Assembly (NCBI GenBank): GCA_964485495.1
Contig: CAZAKE010000001.1
Coordinates: forward strand, 7,906 to 71,905
Direction: 5' to 3'
DNA: 64,000 bases
DNA from: an uncultured Spirochaetales bacterium
GTDB lineage: Bacteria; Spirochaetota; Spirochaetia; CAZAKE01
Shown here: in pieces, positions 35,944 through 45,845 of the stretch
How positions within the stretch are numbered: position 1 is the stretch's first letter
Layout: each line of letters opens with the position of its first letter
Made by a program: the position numbers and the translations under genes
Notes under the pieces: generated by a model
Seen by the model: the letters and a program-made list of their open reading frames with translations, nothing else
Database searches by the model: none
Told to the model about the DNA's origin: nothing

Positions 35944-37944
35944 CTACTTCCGATCTAGTCGCAACATGATCCTGCAGGTCCAGGTCTTCTGCGGTTCCAG
36001 TCGCAGGTGCCATCGGGGAACGACACAGGTCGATTGATACCGAGATACTATTGGCGTTTCGGCGTTTCCGGGTGCGGCATTGCTGTATATCGGAAGACTC
36101 CACAGATCGAACTGCTTGGAACCCGTGATGGTTATGAGGACCCTATTCGCCCTATCGTGCATCCGAACCGTCTTGGCGGCAGACTCGGTAACCGGTTTCA
36201 GCCCGTCGAGTTCCTTCTCCTCACCCACCGTGATCTTCAACGATTCGGCCCGGTTGTCATTGAAAGAGAGGTTCACTTCCGATCCGAATACGGATTCAAG
36301 GGTCTCGACGCCGTCATTCGTGATTCCGTAGTGGATGGAGATGAAATTCTTCCTGAAAATATATTTCTTCTGCAGACGTACCGGAAATTCCGTCTCTCCG
36401 CAGACGACATTGCCGTCTCGGACGAAGGTTATCTCCTTGTGGTCTCGATCGAGAGATTCGATCTCGAACTCCCTCTCAATGAAGTTGCCCTGTTCGATCT
36501 GTCTCCCGGAAGCGAATGCCTCGATCGTATCATCCGCCGGCATGAAGTGATCGATGAAGGCACTGCGATGATAGGTATCGAAACAGGCATGTTGCGTATC
36601 GTGTTCGAGTTCACGGTACCTGGTCATCGTATCGAGGAAATTCCAACACCTCGGCAGGTAATCCAGTTCGAACAGGACCCCGCCGAGTCTATGCGTATAG
36701 GCGTTCAGGGTTTGCCCCTGGTAGAGAAACTCATCTCCACCATCCATGTCTATGTCAACCGCGGTGAGACTCGTCTTGAATATGCCCCGCTCCCGGGTGA
36801 TCTTCTCAGCCTCGATCAGAGCGCTATACGCCGCCTTCCGCACACAACTCCGGTAGAGACATCCGGAAGGTCCGTGCCAGTATGCACTGTTACACTGCCC
36901 CTTCCATAGCTGGTATTTGGCCGTCTTCTTCCTCGAGCGATCACCGCGGATCTGATTCACCAGCATATAGACATACATCATCTTCGCGTACAGGAGGTTG
37001 CTCTCGTGATACTTGGAGAGGAACTGCCTGAAGTAGCCTGCCCGGAGGAATGAACTCGATTCACCGCCCTCCTTCTCGAGTTTGTGCAGGACAGCCTGCT
37101 GGTCGATAGGAAACGGAAGGCTCGATATCTCCCTCCTCATCGCCGACGGGAAATAGACTTTACTTCTCGGTGAGGCACTTCGGGCGTACACCCCCGGAAG
37201 TACCGCGTCTATCGACTCTTTGTGCCGCTCCGTCTCGATGAAGAACTCCTGAAGCCATGCGAAAGAGGCGTTGTTCGACTTTGAAGTTGAACTGAAAGAT
37301 AATCCGTCCATCATGATTACGACCATCTCATGGTCGTCTTTCGCCGACAGTTGTACGATATGATCCACCATTGCGGCGGGCGATATCGTGCCGATCTGTG
37401 AGGTAAACGTGTTCGAGATGGGAAACACGAGGACTCCCTTCCCCTGTTCCTCGGTGATATAGGGCTGGAAAACCGAGGAACCGTTGAGTCCCGCCAAATT
37501 TAGGTGCCAATCGTCGAGAAAGATGAAATCGATGCCGTTATTCTTGAGCGTCAGGGCAAGGTTCGTCTCCCACACCCGCTCGGTAATCCAACCACCACGG
37601 GGTCGTTTCCCAATCTTTTTACGAATAAAGGTGGTCAGATACTCGATCTGGCCGACCCTATCGGTCACGGGAATCAGCGGCAAGATGGGATCGTAGTATC
37701 CGCCGCCGAGGATTTCAACGCTTTTGTTTCGAACCATCTCACTCAAGAGAATGAGTACTTCCGGGTGTTTCTCATCGAACCATTCGAGGAGGATTCCCGA
37801 GTAGTGCAATGTTACGGGGATGTTGCTGTTTTCATATATCAGCGAGAGGAAGGGTTTTATCGAGGCTTGATACCGCTCTTCTATCGTGTCGTCTTTATAC
37901 CCAATGGGAATTGAATTATACGTGCCGATTATCAGACTGATCAT
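35944..37944 (-). CDS. GH57 alpha-amylase/4-alpha-glucanotransferase-like protein (GH57 plus C-terminal DUF1925/1926-type domains)
   Basis: LHYSGILLEW, EILGGGYYDPIL, GWITERVWE, FLSKYHESNLLYAKM, GQCNSAYWHG, DIDMDGGDE, YQSTCVVPRW. Confidence 0.88.
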   Translation of the reverse strand: MISLIIGTYNSIPIGYKDDTIEERYQASIKPFLSLIYENSNIPVTLHYSGILLEWFDEKHPEVLILLSEMVRNKSVEILGGGYYDPILPLIPVTDRVGQIEYLTTFIRKKIGKRPRGGWITERVWETNLALTLKNNGIDFIFLDDWHLNLAGLNGSSVFQPYITEEQGKGVLVFPISNTFTSQIGTISPAAMVDHIVQLSAKDDHEMVVIMMDGLSFSSTSKSNNASFAWLQEFFIETERHKESIDAVLPGVYARSASPRSKVYFPSAMRREISSLPFPIDQQAVLHKLEKEGGESSSFLRAGYFRQFLSKYHESNLLYAKMMYVYMLVNQIRGDRSRKKTAKYQLWKGQCNSAYWHGPSGCLYRSCVRKAAYSALIEAEKITRERGIFKTSLTAVDIDMDGGDEFLYQGQTLNAYTHRLGGVLFELDYLPRCWNFLDTMTRYRELEHDTQHACFDTYHRSAFIDHFMPADDTIEAFASGRQIEQGNFIEREFEIESLDRDHKEITFVRDGNVVCGETEFPVRLQKKYIFRKNFISIHYGITNDGVETLESVFGSEVNLSFNDNRAESLKITVGEEKELDGLKPVTESAAKTVRMHDRANRVLITITGSKQFDLWSLPIYSNAAPGNAETPIVSRYQSTCVVPRWHLRLEPQKTWTCRIMLRLDRK

Positions 37945-37977
37945 TCTATACGTATTGCCCTAGACAATATCCGGCAT

Positions 37978-38850
37978 CTAGTTTTTCTTTGCCGGCGTCC
38001 GAGTTTTCAATGACTCCTTCGATTCTATAATGCTATCTTTTTCTCTACACTCGTCGCGAACCGGCACGATACACTTGGTCGGACACGCCGCGACCGCCTC
38101 GTAGCGGCTTCCCTTCGTATCATAATCGATTTTCGCGAGGAAGTCGTTGATCTCGAATCCCCCATCCGGCGACTTCTTGTTGCACAGTCTACATCCCAAA
38201 CAACCCACCGTGCAATACTTCCGAACCACCCCTCCCTTGTCTGTGGAATTGCAGGCCACCGCGACATCCGCATCATCGGGGATCATTCGTATCACCCCGG
38301 TGGGACACACGGCGACACATTTCTCACACGAGATGCACAGGTCGGGGTCGACACGGACCAACCCGCCCTTGGTGTAGGATATGGCGTCTACCGGACACTC
38401 CCGGACACAACTTCCGAGACCGAGGCATCCGTATTTACACTGCTTGTCACCCTTGAAGAGAGCATATACCGCGTTGCAGTCGGAGAGCCCCTGGTACGCA
38501 AAGGCCTTCTCGGCTCTCTGATCGTCACCTCGGCAATGGACGAAGGCGACCATCCGCCGTTTCGACTGTGAGACGGACACTCCGAGGAGATCGCCTAATC
38601 GTTCGGCCACATCGGGGCCGCCTGGGATGCATAGGGTCACACCGGCCTCACCGGTCTGCATGGCTTCGGCATAGGAAGCGCACCCCGCATACCCGCAGGC
38701 GCCGCAGTTCAATCCCGGCAGTATAGCATTAATCTCCTCGACAGTCTCATCCTTCTTTACGGCCAGTAGGCGTGCGGCCACGGCCAGCCCGATTCCGAAC
38801 AACCCGCCGAGAAGCCCGACAACAATGAGAGAATAGAGTATGCGTAACAT
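37978..38850 (-). CDS. rnfB: Rnf complex subunit B
   Basis: LPGLNCGACGYAGC, CIPGG, CKYGCLGLGSCVRECP, CISCEKCVAVCP. Confidence 0.95.
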   Translation of the reverse strand: MLRILYSLIVVGLLGGLFGIGLAVAARLLAVKKDETVEEINAILPGLNCGACGYAGCASYAEAMQTGEAGVTLCIPGGPDVAERLGDLLGVSVSQSKRRMVAFVHCRGDDQRAEKAFAYQGLSDCNAVYALFKGDKQCKYGCLGLGSCVRECPVDAISYTKGGLVRVDPDLCISCEKCVAVCPTGVIRMIPDDADVAVACNSTDKGGVVRKYCTVGCLGCRLCNKKSPDGGFEINDFLAKIDYDTKGSRYEAVAACPTKCIVPVRDECREKDSIIESKESLKTRTPAKKN

Positions 38851-38892
38851 CCGTATCGTTCCTCCAGTGGCTCTACGCGACCCGGCTTCGAC

Positions 38893-39483
38893 CTATCCGA
38901 TCAAGTTATTCAGCAGCGCCTTGTCGAATGCCATGAATGCCAGGGCCATGAGCCCGCCGGTGATAAAGGCAATCGGGATTCCACGAAACGGCTTCGGGAT
39001 CCACTCCGTATCGAGCCGTTCGCGAATTGTGGACATGAGGACGATGGCCAGAAGAAATCCGAGGCCGGCGGCGAACCCGGCAACGAAACTCTCGAAGGCA
39101 GTATATCCGCTTCGCACCGAAATGAGCGCGATTCCCATGACCGCACAATTGGTCGTAATCAGGGGAAGGTATATTCCCAAGGCCTTGTACAACGGTGGCG
39201 ATATCTTCTGTATCACCATTTCTACCAGCTGTACGAGGGCGGCGATGACGAGTATGAACGAGATCGTCTGCAAAAACTCCAAATGGAGCGGTAGCAGTAT
39301 CAGGTTGTGAATGGCCCATGTCGTTACGGATGCGAGGGACATGACGAAAGTGACGGCAAACCCCATTCCTACCGCGGATTCCACATTCTTCGAGACGCCG
39401 ATGAACGGACATAGTCCGAGAAACTGCGCCAAGATGAAGTTGTTCACAAATATGAATGTGATCAAGATAGCGATATACGTCAT
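38893..39483 (-). CDS. rnfA: Rnf complex subunit A
   Basis: NNFILAQFLGLCPFIGVS, GIYLPLITTNCAVMG. Confidence 0.96.
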   Translation of the reverse strand: MTYIAILITFIFVNNFILAQFLGLCPFIGVSKNVESAVGMGFAVTFVMSLASVTTWAIHNLILLPLHLEFLQTISFILVIAALVQLVEMVIQKISPPLYKALGIYLPLITTNCAVMGIALISVRSGYTAFESFVAGFAAGLGFLLAIVLMSTIRERLDTEWIPKPFRGIPIAFITGGLMALAFMAFDKALLNNLIG

Positions 39484-39493
39484 TGCGCTACTC

Positions 39494-40099
39494 CTACTTC
39501 TCGAAGATCGTGAACAGGGCCTTCAGATACCCAACCACCAGGAGCGCACCCGCCGCCAGCGACATGATGCGCGCCGGGGCGGAGATGAGACCCGGAATCT
39601 CGATGACTCCGTCGAAGCTGCCGATGGGAAAGACGGTGATGGTCCCTGCCCCCAATGACTCCCGAAATAGGGCGATCAAGGTCAACCCCAAGGTGAATCC
39701 CACCCCCATTCCAAGGGCATCGAGAACCGATTCCGTAACTCCGCGCTTTCTCGCGAATGCCTCGGCCCGACCGAGAATCACACAGTTCACCACGATCAAC
39801 GGTACGAAAATGCCCAGGTTCTTGAAGAGCTCAGGCAGGAAAGCCTCCATGACCATCTCGACGACGGTGACGAAAGATGCGATGATTACGATGTATGCGG
39901 GTATCCGAACCTTCTCCGGGATAAAATCTCGGAGAAGAGATACGAAGATGTTGGAACCGAGAAGGACGAAGATCACACCGCCGCCCATTCCAAGGGCATT
40001 GACGACCTTGGTGGAAACGGCCAAGGCCGGACAGAGTCCCAACACGATGATGAAGATGGGGTTCTCCCGTATCAATCCTTTGGTGAACTCCTTGATCAT
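39494..40099 (-). CDS. rnfE: Rnf complex subunit E
   Basis: RENP...LGLCPALAVS, FVPLIVVNCVILGRAEAFA. Confidence 0.96.
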   Translation of the reverse strand: MIKEFTKGLIRENPIFIIVLGLCPALAVSTKVVNALGMGGGVIFVLLGSNIFVSLLRDFIPEKVRIPAYIVIIASFVTVVEMVMEAFLPELFKNLGIFVPLIVVNCVILGRAEAFARKRGVTESVLDALGMGVGFTLGLTLIALFRESLGAGTITVFPIGSFDGVIEIPGLISAPARIMSLAAGALLVVGYLKALFTIFEK

Positions 40100-40659
40100 G
40101 ATTCAACCTCCACGAGAGAACGGATGAATTCGGATCCCGTGGCCAACGCGCCGGCGATACCCTGAAAGGTGATACTCGCCCCCGTGACGGCATCCGCATC
40201 GGACGGCGACAGCCGGCTCTTGCGGGTCGGGACCGGTACATCCGCACCTGTATCGATAAACATCTCCATATATTCGGGCCGCTCCGCCTCCTTCCCGAGT
40301 CCCGGAGTCTCATCGTTCTCCATCAGCCGGGCGGATCGAATCCGCCCTTTCGGGGTATATCCGGCCAGGATCAACATCTCACCGCCGTAGCCTTCGCCGG
40401 AGAGAACCAGGATGTACCCGATCGTCCGCCCGGCGCTATTCACCAGCGGATAGTAGGCGGAAACATGTTTCGAACCGTCGACCTCGATCCGATCTCCGGG
40501 TTCTCCCTCGAAGCTCACCGCGGCAAGGGTTTCCTGCAGGCGCTGAGCTTTCCGGTATTCGATCCGAGTCTCCGTGACGGCGTTGACAATCCCGAGGGAG
40601 AGCGCCGCGACGGCGCAGATCAGGGCCAACTTACTTCCGATCTTGAGAAAATCGTTCAT
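40096..40659 (-). CDS. rnfG: Rnf complex subunit G
   Basis: N-terminal TM, GYGG, ETPGLG, FMN-attachment motif DAVTGASIT. Confidence 0.92.
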   Translation of the reverse strand: MNDFLKIGSKLALICAVAALSLGIVNAVTETRIEYRKAQRLQETLAAVSFEGEPGDRIEVDGSKHVSAYYPLVNSAGRTIGYILVLSGEGYGGEMLILAGYTPKGRIRSARLMENDETPGLGKEAERPEYMEMFIDTGADVPVPTRKSRLSPSDADAVTGASITFQGIAGALATGSEFIRSLVEVES

Positions 40660-41747
40660 CGTCCGGGCTCCTCCGCCTTCCTGATGCCGAAGCGCTTCGG
40701 CTCGGTGATTCGGTTGATAGCGGGAACGAAGATATTCATCAAAATGATGGCCAACGACACCCCTTCCGGAAAAGAACCGTAATATCGGATGAGGAAGGTC
40801 AGGAATCCCGCTCCCGCGCCGAAGATGATCATTCCCATTCTACTCAAGGGCGACGTCACCATGTCGGTAGCCATGAAAAAAGCCCCGAGGAAGAGTCCGC
40901 CGGAAAAGAGGTAGACAAGGAAGTCGCCGTTGAAATACCCGCTTCCATACCGAACCCCCCCGAGGATCCAGGTGAGCACGCCGAAGGTGGCCAGATATGC
41001 GAGTGGAATCTCCCAGTTGGCGATGCCGAGAATGAGCAGGATTACACCGCCGAGGAGAATCAAGATTGCGGATACCTCACCGATACAGCCGGGTACGTTC
41101 CCGATAAACTGATCCAACACGAGCGGATCGACGGACCAACCGAATGCTTCGGAGATCCGGTGGGCGATACGCTCTCCCATCGGACTCGCCGGATACCCTC
41201 CGATATTCAGGAGGTCGATCGATCCGCCGACGGGTTCTTCCAAGTCCATGAGTCGGGTCTTGAGGAACCCGAGAGGAGTCGCCGAACTGACTGCATCCAC
41301 CGCCCAGGTTTTCGGCATCGTCCATCTGGTCATGGACCCGGTCCAAGAGAAGAACACGAACACCCTTCCGGCCAGAGCCGGATTCATCCAGTTTCCCCCG
41401 AGGCCGCCGAAGGTCCACTTTACTACCAGGATTGCGAATGCCGATGCCATGACGGGGACATAGAGATTCACCTCGGGGGGCATGTTGTATCCGACCAGCA
41501 GACCCGTCAGAAAGGCGCTGCCGTCCCACAGGGTAAATTCCTTGCATACCAGCGCCGCCAGGGCCTCGAATATGACCGCCGAGAGGACCGCCGCCAGCAC
41601 CGTCACCGCGGCCCTGGCTCCGAACACATACACCCCCCACGCGCCGGCAGGCAAAAGACACGCAGAGACTACCCACATTATCATGGTGGTTGAATGGCGG
41701 TGGTGTATTTGTGGAGAAACGGTAACCACCATTTCACGGGTTTTCAT
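40656..41747 (-). CDS. rnfD: Rnf complex subunit D
   Basis: SPQIH, FGGLGGNWMNPALAGR, DAVSSATPL, PGCIGEVS, AFFMATDMVTSP. Confidence 0.96.
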   Translation of the reverse strand: MKTREMVVTVSPQIHHRHSTTMIMWVVSACLLPAGAWGVYVFGARAAVTVLAAVLSAVIFEALAALVCKEFTLWDGSAFLTGLLVGYNMPPEVNLYVPVMASAFAILVVKWTFGGLGGNWMNPALAGRVFVFFSWTGSMTRWTMPKTWAVDAVSSATPLGFLKTRLMDLEEPVGGSIDLLNIGGYPASPMGERIAHRISEAFGWSVDPLVLDQFIGNVPGCIGEVSAILILLGGVILLILGIANWEIPLAYLATFGVLTWILGGVRYGSGYFNGDFLVYLFSGGLFLGAFFMATDMVTSPLSRMGMIIFGAGAGFLTFLIRYYGSFPEGVSLAIILMNIFVPAINRITEPKRFGIRKAEEPGR

Positions 41748-41770
41748 TCATCCATCCTCGATTTACTTCC

Positions 41771-43096
41771 TCAGTTGCCCTTCTTTCTGAGCAGATTCTT
41801 CCCCAACTTCATCCCCTGTACCAATGGGATGTGTGCGGGACAGACGTATCCGCAACAACCGCACTCCTTGCAATCCAAAAGGCCGATCTCACGGGCTTCA
41901 TCATACAGCTGATGATCTATGTATTTGAACAGTCGAGTCGGATTTAATCCCATGGGACACGCTTTCACACACCGTCCGCAGGAGAGACAATTCGTACGCC
42001 GACTCCCGCGCACCTCCCCGGCGGTGAGAGCCAAGACACCCGAGGTCCCCTTGATTACCGGCGTATCCAGATCGTAGACCGAGAATCCCATCATAGGACC
42101 GCCGGCCACGATCTTGGCAGGCTCCTTGATGAATCCGCCGCACTCCTCGATCAGACTGCGAAAGGGCGTCCCGAAACGGGTCTTCAGGTTCGCGGGTTCG
42201 GCGACCGCCCCTCCGGATACCGTCACCACTCGCTCGATGAGCGGTTTTTCGAGGACCACCGCCTCATATACGGCGTTAACGGTGCCGACGTTTGAGACCA
42301 CCGCACCAATCGCCAGGGGAAGTTCTCCCGACGGCACCTCTCGGCCGGTGATCGCCTTGAGCAGTTGTTTTTCATCCCCCTGCGGATACTTCAACTTCAG
42401 TGGAATCACCGACAGTTTCATACCCGATCTTCCGGCCGCAGCCCGCATCGCCTCTATTGCATCGGGCTTGTTCTCCTCGATGCCGATGGAAACAGATTCC
42501 GGAGATAAGATGGCGGCAACGATGGCGATTCCCTGGATGACCGCGTCCGCCTTCTCTACCATGATTCGATGATCGGCGGTAAGGTACGGCTCGCACTCGG
42601 TTCCATTCACCACAAAATCTCTTACCTTGGATCCTGCGGGAATATTGAACTTCACGTGTGCGGGGAAAGTGGCCCCGCCGAGGCCGACGACGCCCATCTC
42701 GGCGATCTTGGCGAGCAACTCCTCTCTCGCGTACTGCTTCCAATCGAGACTCCTGCCGGGTTTCCCGAGACGGTCGAACTCCCCCTCCGTGTCGATGACG
42801 ATTGCCGATGTTTCGATGCCGGCAGGGAGGTAGATACTCCTGATCTCGGATACGACACCGGGAACCGGGGAGTGGACGTTGGCAGAGATATACCCGTCCG
42901 ATTCACCGATGAGAACCCCCTCGCGCACGGTGTCTCCCGGTTCAACTACCTGAACGGCGGGCTTTCCTAGGTGCTGCAATAACGGTACCACGAACTGTGA
43001 GGGGAGTACCGCATTCTTGATGGCTTCGTGATTGGTCCTAGATTTTGTATCGGGGGGATGTACGCCGCCTTTTTTGAAGGTATGGGTCGTGCTCAT
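41771..43096 (-). CDS. rnfC: Rnf complex subunit C
   Basis: GGVHPP, QHLGKPA, VHSPVPG, NGTECEPYLTAD, YPQGDEK, CLSCGRCVKACP, CKECGCCGYVCP. Confidence 0.96.
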   Translation of the reverse strand: MSTTHTFKKGGVHPPDTKSRTNHEAIKNAVLPSQFVVPLLQHLGKPAVQVVEPGDTVREGVLIGESDGYISANVHSPVPGVVSEIRSIYLPAGIETSAIVIDTEGEFDRLGKPGRSLDWKQYAREELLAKIAEMGVVGLGGATFPAHVKFNIPAGSKVRDFVVNGTECEPYLTADHRIMVEKADAVIQGIAIVAAILSPESVSIGIEENKPDAIEAMRAAAGRSGMKLSVIPLKLKYPQGDEKQLLKAITGREVPSGELPLAIGAVVSNVGTVNAVYEAVVLEKPLIERVVTVSGGAVAEPANLKTRFGTPFRSLIEECGGFIKEPAKIVAGGPMMGFSVYDLDTPVIKGTSGVLALTAGEVRGSRRTNCLSCGRCVKACPMGLNPTRLFKYIDHQLYDEAREIGLLDCKECGCCGYVCPAHIPLVQGMKLGKNLLRKKGN

Positions 43097-44658
43097 GCGG
43101 CTTGTCGTTTTCTCCTTACAATGATAGTGCGCACTCCATAGACGATATATGCGTGCAGCCGAACCTGAACAAATAGTGAGAAAAGTATGAGAAAACAGCA
43201 GGCGATGTGACTCATGAAAAACAAAGGAATGTCCGGAAGAAACGTCGGAGACGTTACCGTAGCACCGAGGAATCGGCCCTCGGTTGAGAGCATCGCCAAT
43301 ATTCCGTTTTCAGGAACAGCCCGCAGTATATCCTGATACCAGGCTTCTGTAAACTCCAGCATCACCCGTTTCCGAACGACGACTCGACCGTCTTCCCATG
43401 CATATGAGGGGAGGGTGTGCGTATCACCCCGATTCGGAAATCGATACTCGCCGCCGAAGGCGATGGTATCCTGATATGCCATGTGTGACAGGTAATCGGA
43501 AACATCGGGCAGGTGGTCCTCTATCCCCAATAACCTCAACCGCGACAACGACTCCCAGGATTGGTCCTCTACCTCGGGCAACGAGATCGGCAGCGGAATT
43601 CGGGGGATCTCTTTCACCGAAAGCATGAGCAGGAGCGGTAGAATGAGAATCGCGGCGAATGGGGTCAGCCGATCGATCGATCTGTTCAGACCTGCCGTCG
43701 TTTCCGCCCTCTTACCGTCCAGGATAGAGACCGAAAAGAAGAGCCGATGGGTCTGGGTCCGATGTTTCCAAAGACACACCACGCCCTGAAAACATGCAAG
43801 CATCAACGAAAGGCCGTGTGCTGTAAAGACGAATCCGGCTCCTCCGGCGGAGTACCATCCCAAAGGCAACGCTAACAGGGCGACTCCAATCGAGATTGCC
43901 AATAGGTAGAGATACCGCATGATCCGCTCTTTGTCTACCTTCGGCGTACCGTAGTTGAGATAGTACGTGTATACCACCGGAATTTCGACGATGATCCGGG
44001 ACCAGGCCCAGAATCCGACAAAGGCGGCGAAGATGAAACCATAGTCACCCTGCCGGAATCCGAGTATCCAGGGAACGGCGACGGCCCATCCCCATATCGA
44101 TCGAATTCGAAAACAGAGGTACACGACGAAGCCGAGAAAAAGGACAAATGCCGTCCATCTGGGAGACCGGTGTGACTCCGGCAGTATCCACCGGATATCC
44201 GATCCACGAAAGATCCGACGAAGTCGGAGATGCAGAGAGATCACCCGGCTCGCGACGGGGAGGTAGAGGAGATGGAAATCACCGCCCTGCCACGAACAGT
44301 AAAAATACTCGCCCAGCGATTGCATATATGGATCGAGTCGTGGATCCAGACGATCGAGTCTGCCGGGTAGATCGTGTACGGTAACCGACTCTGTCCCATC
44401 GAACCGGGTAAATTCCATCTGCTGCGTGAGGGAACTCACGACTCCGGTGATTCCGGCAGTCTGGAGCCGAGTTACCACCTCTCGGAGCGGAGCCTCCGCA
44501 TCGACCATCAGCACAGAGACCTCACCCCACCGGCCCCTCCCCATCCGCGGATAGAGCGAGAGTGAGACGGCGATGCTGCCGGCGATGAATAGGGTGAGCA
44601 AAATCAGGCGAATGACAATTTCCGAAAAATCGCCGTATGGTTTTTTCATGTGTGGCAT
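43093..44658 (-). CDS. Multi-pass membrane hypothetical protein, first gene of the rnf run
   Basis: 521-aa ORF with about 8 hydrophobic segments; stop overlaps the rnfC ATG (ATGA). Confidence 0.75.
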   Translation of the reverse strand: MPHMKKPYGDFSEIVIRLILLTLFIAGSIAVSLSLYPRMGRGRWGEVSVLMVDAEAPLREVVTRLQTAGITGVVSSLTQQMEFTRFDGTESVTVHDLPGRLDRLDPRLDPYMQSLGEYFYCSWQGGDFHLLYLPVASRVISLHLRLRRIFRGSDIRWILPESHRSPRWTAFVLFLGFVVYLCFRIRSIWGWAVAVPWILGFRQGDYGFIFAAFVGFWAWSRIIVEIPVVYTYYLNYGTPKVDKERIMRYLYLLAISIGVALLALPLGWYSAGGAGFVFTAHGLSLMLACFQGVVCLWKHRTQTHRLFFSVSILDGKRAETTAGLNRSIDRLTPFAAILILPLLLMLSVKEIPRIPLPISLPEVEDQSWESLSRLRLLGIEDHLPDVSDYLSHMAYQDTIAFGGEYRFPNRGDTHTLPSYAWEDGRVVVRKRVMLEFTEAWYQDILRAVPENGILAMLSTEGRFLGATVTSPTFLPDIPLFFMSHIACCFLILFSLFVQVRLHAYIVYGVRTIIVRRKRQAA

Positions 44659-44893
44659 GCGGCAGCCCGATCATGTTCCGCTCTCTCAGATTGACGACGG
44701 GCCATATCCTCTCCCGATTCCAAATTACACCCCTACGAGGCATGCTTAGTTTCGTGGGTGTATAGGTATTTGTCAAGCGGAAGCCCCGGTCTTCAGCATA
44801 CCGATGTTCGCGGGAGACACGGTGAAGACCTTGGGTAGGTTTTTTGTATTCCTGGTAGAAACATAGGTACATCTTTCGGTATTATATACGTAT

Positions 44894-45763
44894 ATGAAGT
44901 CGCTGTTGCATCAACTATCGTTACTGCTCAAAGGAGTCACCGTCTACGCCCTCGTCGGCAAGAGCGGCACCGGGAAGAGTTTCCGCGCCAAACTCGTAGC
45001 ACAGAAGTACGGGATCGACCTGATCATAGACGACGGACTCCTCATCAAGGATCAGAAGATCGTAGCCGGAAAATCGGCCAAGCGGGAGAAGGCCTATCTC
45101 GCCGCCATCAAGACGGCGCTGTTCGATAATAGAAACCACCGGGAGGATGTCCGCAGGAAACTCGAAGAGTACAAATTTAAGAAGATACTCATCATCGGAA
45201 CCTCGGAACGGATGGTGAGAAAGATCGTCGATCGCCTGGGTCTCAAGGCACCCTCCCGGATCATCAACATAGAGGAGATCGCGAGTACAAGCGAGATCGA
45301 GACGGCCATGCGGTCTCGCAAGCATGAGGGAAAACACATCATCCCGGTACCGGCGATAGAGATCAGCAGAGACTACCCGCATATCCTCTACGATAGCGTC
45401 AAGGTATTCCTCAAGAACAAACTCTCCCTGTGGCAGAGATCGAAGGTGTTCGAAAAGTCGGTGGTTCGCCCAGATTTCGGCCGTAAGGGCAGGGTCACCA
45501 TATCAGAGGCCGCATTGACACAAATGGTCATGCATTGTGCCGACGAATTTAACAGCTCCATCACGGTCAGGAAGGTGACCGTCAGGAATGATGCCAAGGG
45601 GTATTCCATCGGTGTATACATCCACGTCCCCTATGGTTTGGAAATTTCCGGAAATCTACACAGTTTTCGAGAGTATATTGTCGATAATCTAGAGAGGTAC
45701 GCCGGGATTTTGGTCGATCGGGTCAATGTCACCATCGATGATTTCTCGAGACTCCGACGCTAA
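44894..45763 (+). CDS. P-loop NTPase/kinase-like domain fused to an Asp23/Gls24-like domain
   Basis: YALVGKSGTGKS, IIDDGLLI; C-terminal GRVTISEAAL...VPYG...YIVDNLERYAGILVDRVNVTI is Asp23-like. Confidence 0.75.
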   Translation: MKSLLHQLSLLLKGVTVYALVGKSGTGKSFRAKLVAQKYGIDLIIDDGLLIKDQKIVAGKSAKREKAYLAAIKTALFDNRNHREDVRRKLEEYKFKKILIIGTSERMVRKIVDRLGLKAPSRIINIEEIASTSEIETAMRSRKHEGKHIIPVPAIEISRDYPHILYDSVKVFLKNKLSLWQRSKVFEKSVVRPDFGRKGRVTISEAALTQMVMHCADEFNSSITVRKVTVRNDAKGYSIGVYIHVPYGLEISGNLHSFREYIVDNLERYAGILVDRVNVTIDDFSRLRR

Positions 45764-45845
45764 TGTGTTATCGCGCCAAGAAAAACGATTTGACAGTTTG
45801 TCGGCCTCGACGTACACTGTGATTCAGAATGCTGTCAGGAGAGTA

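Noticed and set aside
36007-36909. 300-aa plus-strand ORF
   Set aside because: Antisense shadow of the GH57 gene.
44522-44872. 116-aa minus-strand ORF in the rnf upstream region
   Set aside because: It overlaps the 521-aa membrane gene out of frame and has no SD or motifs.
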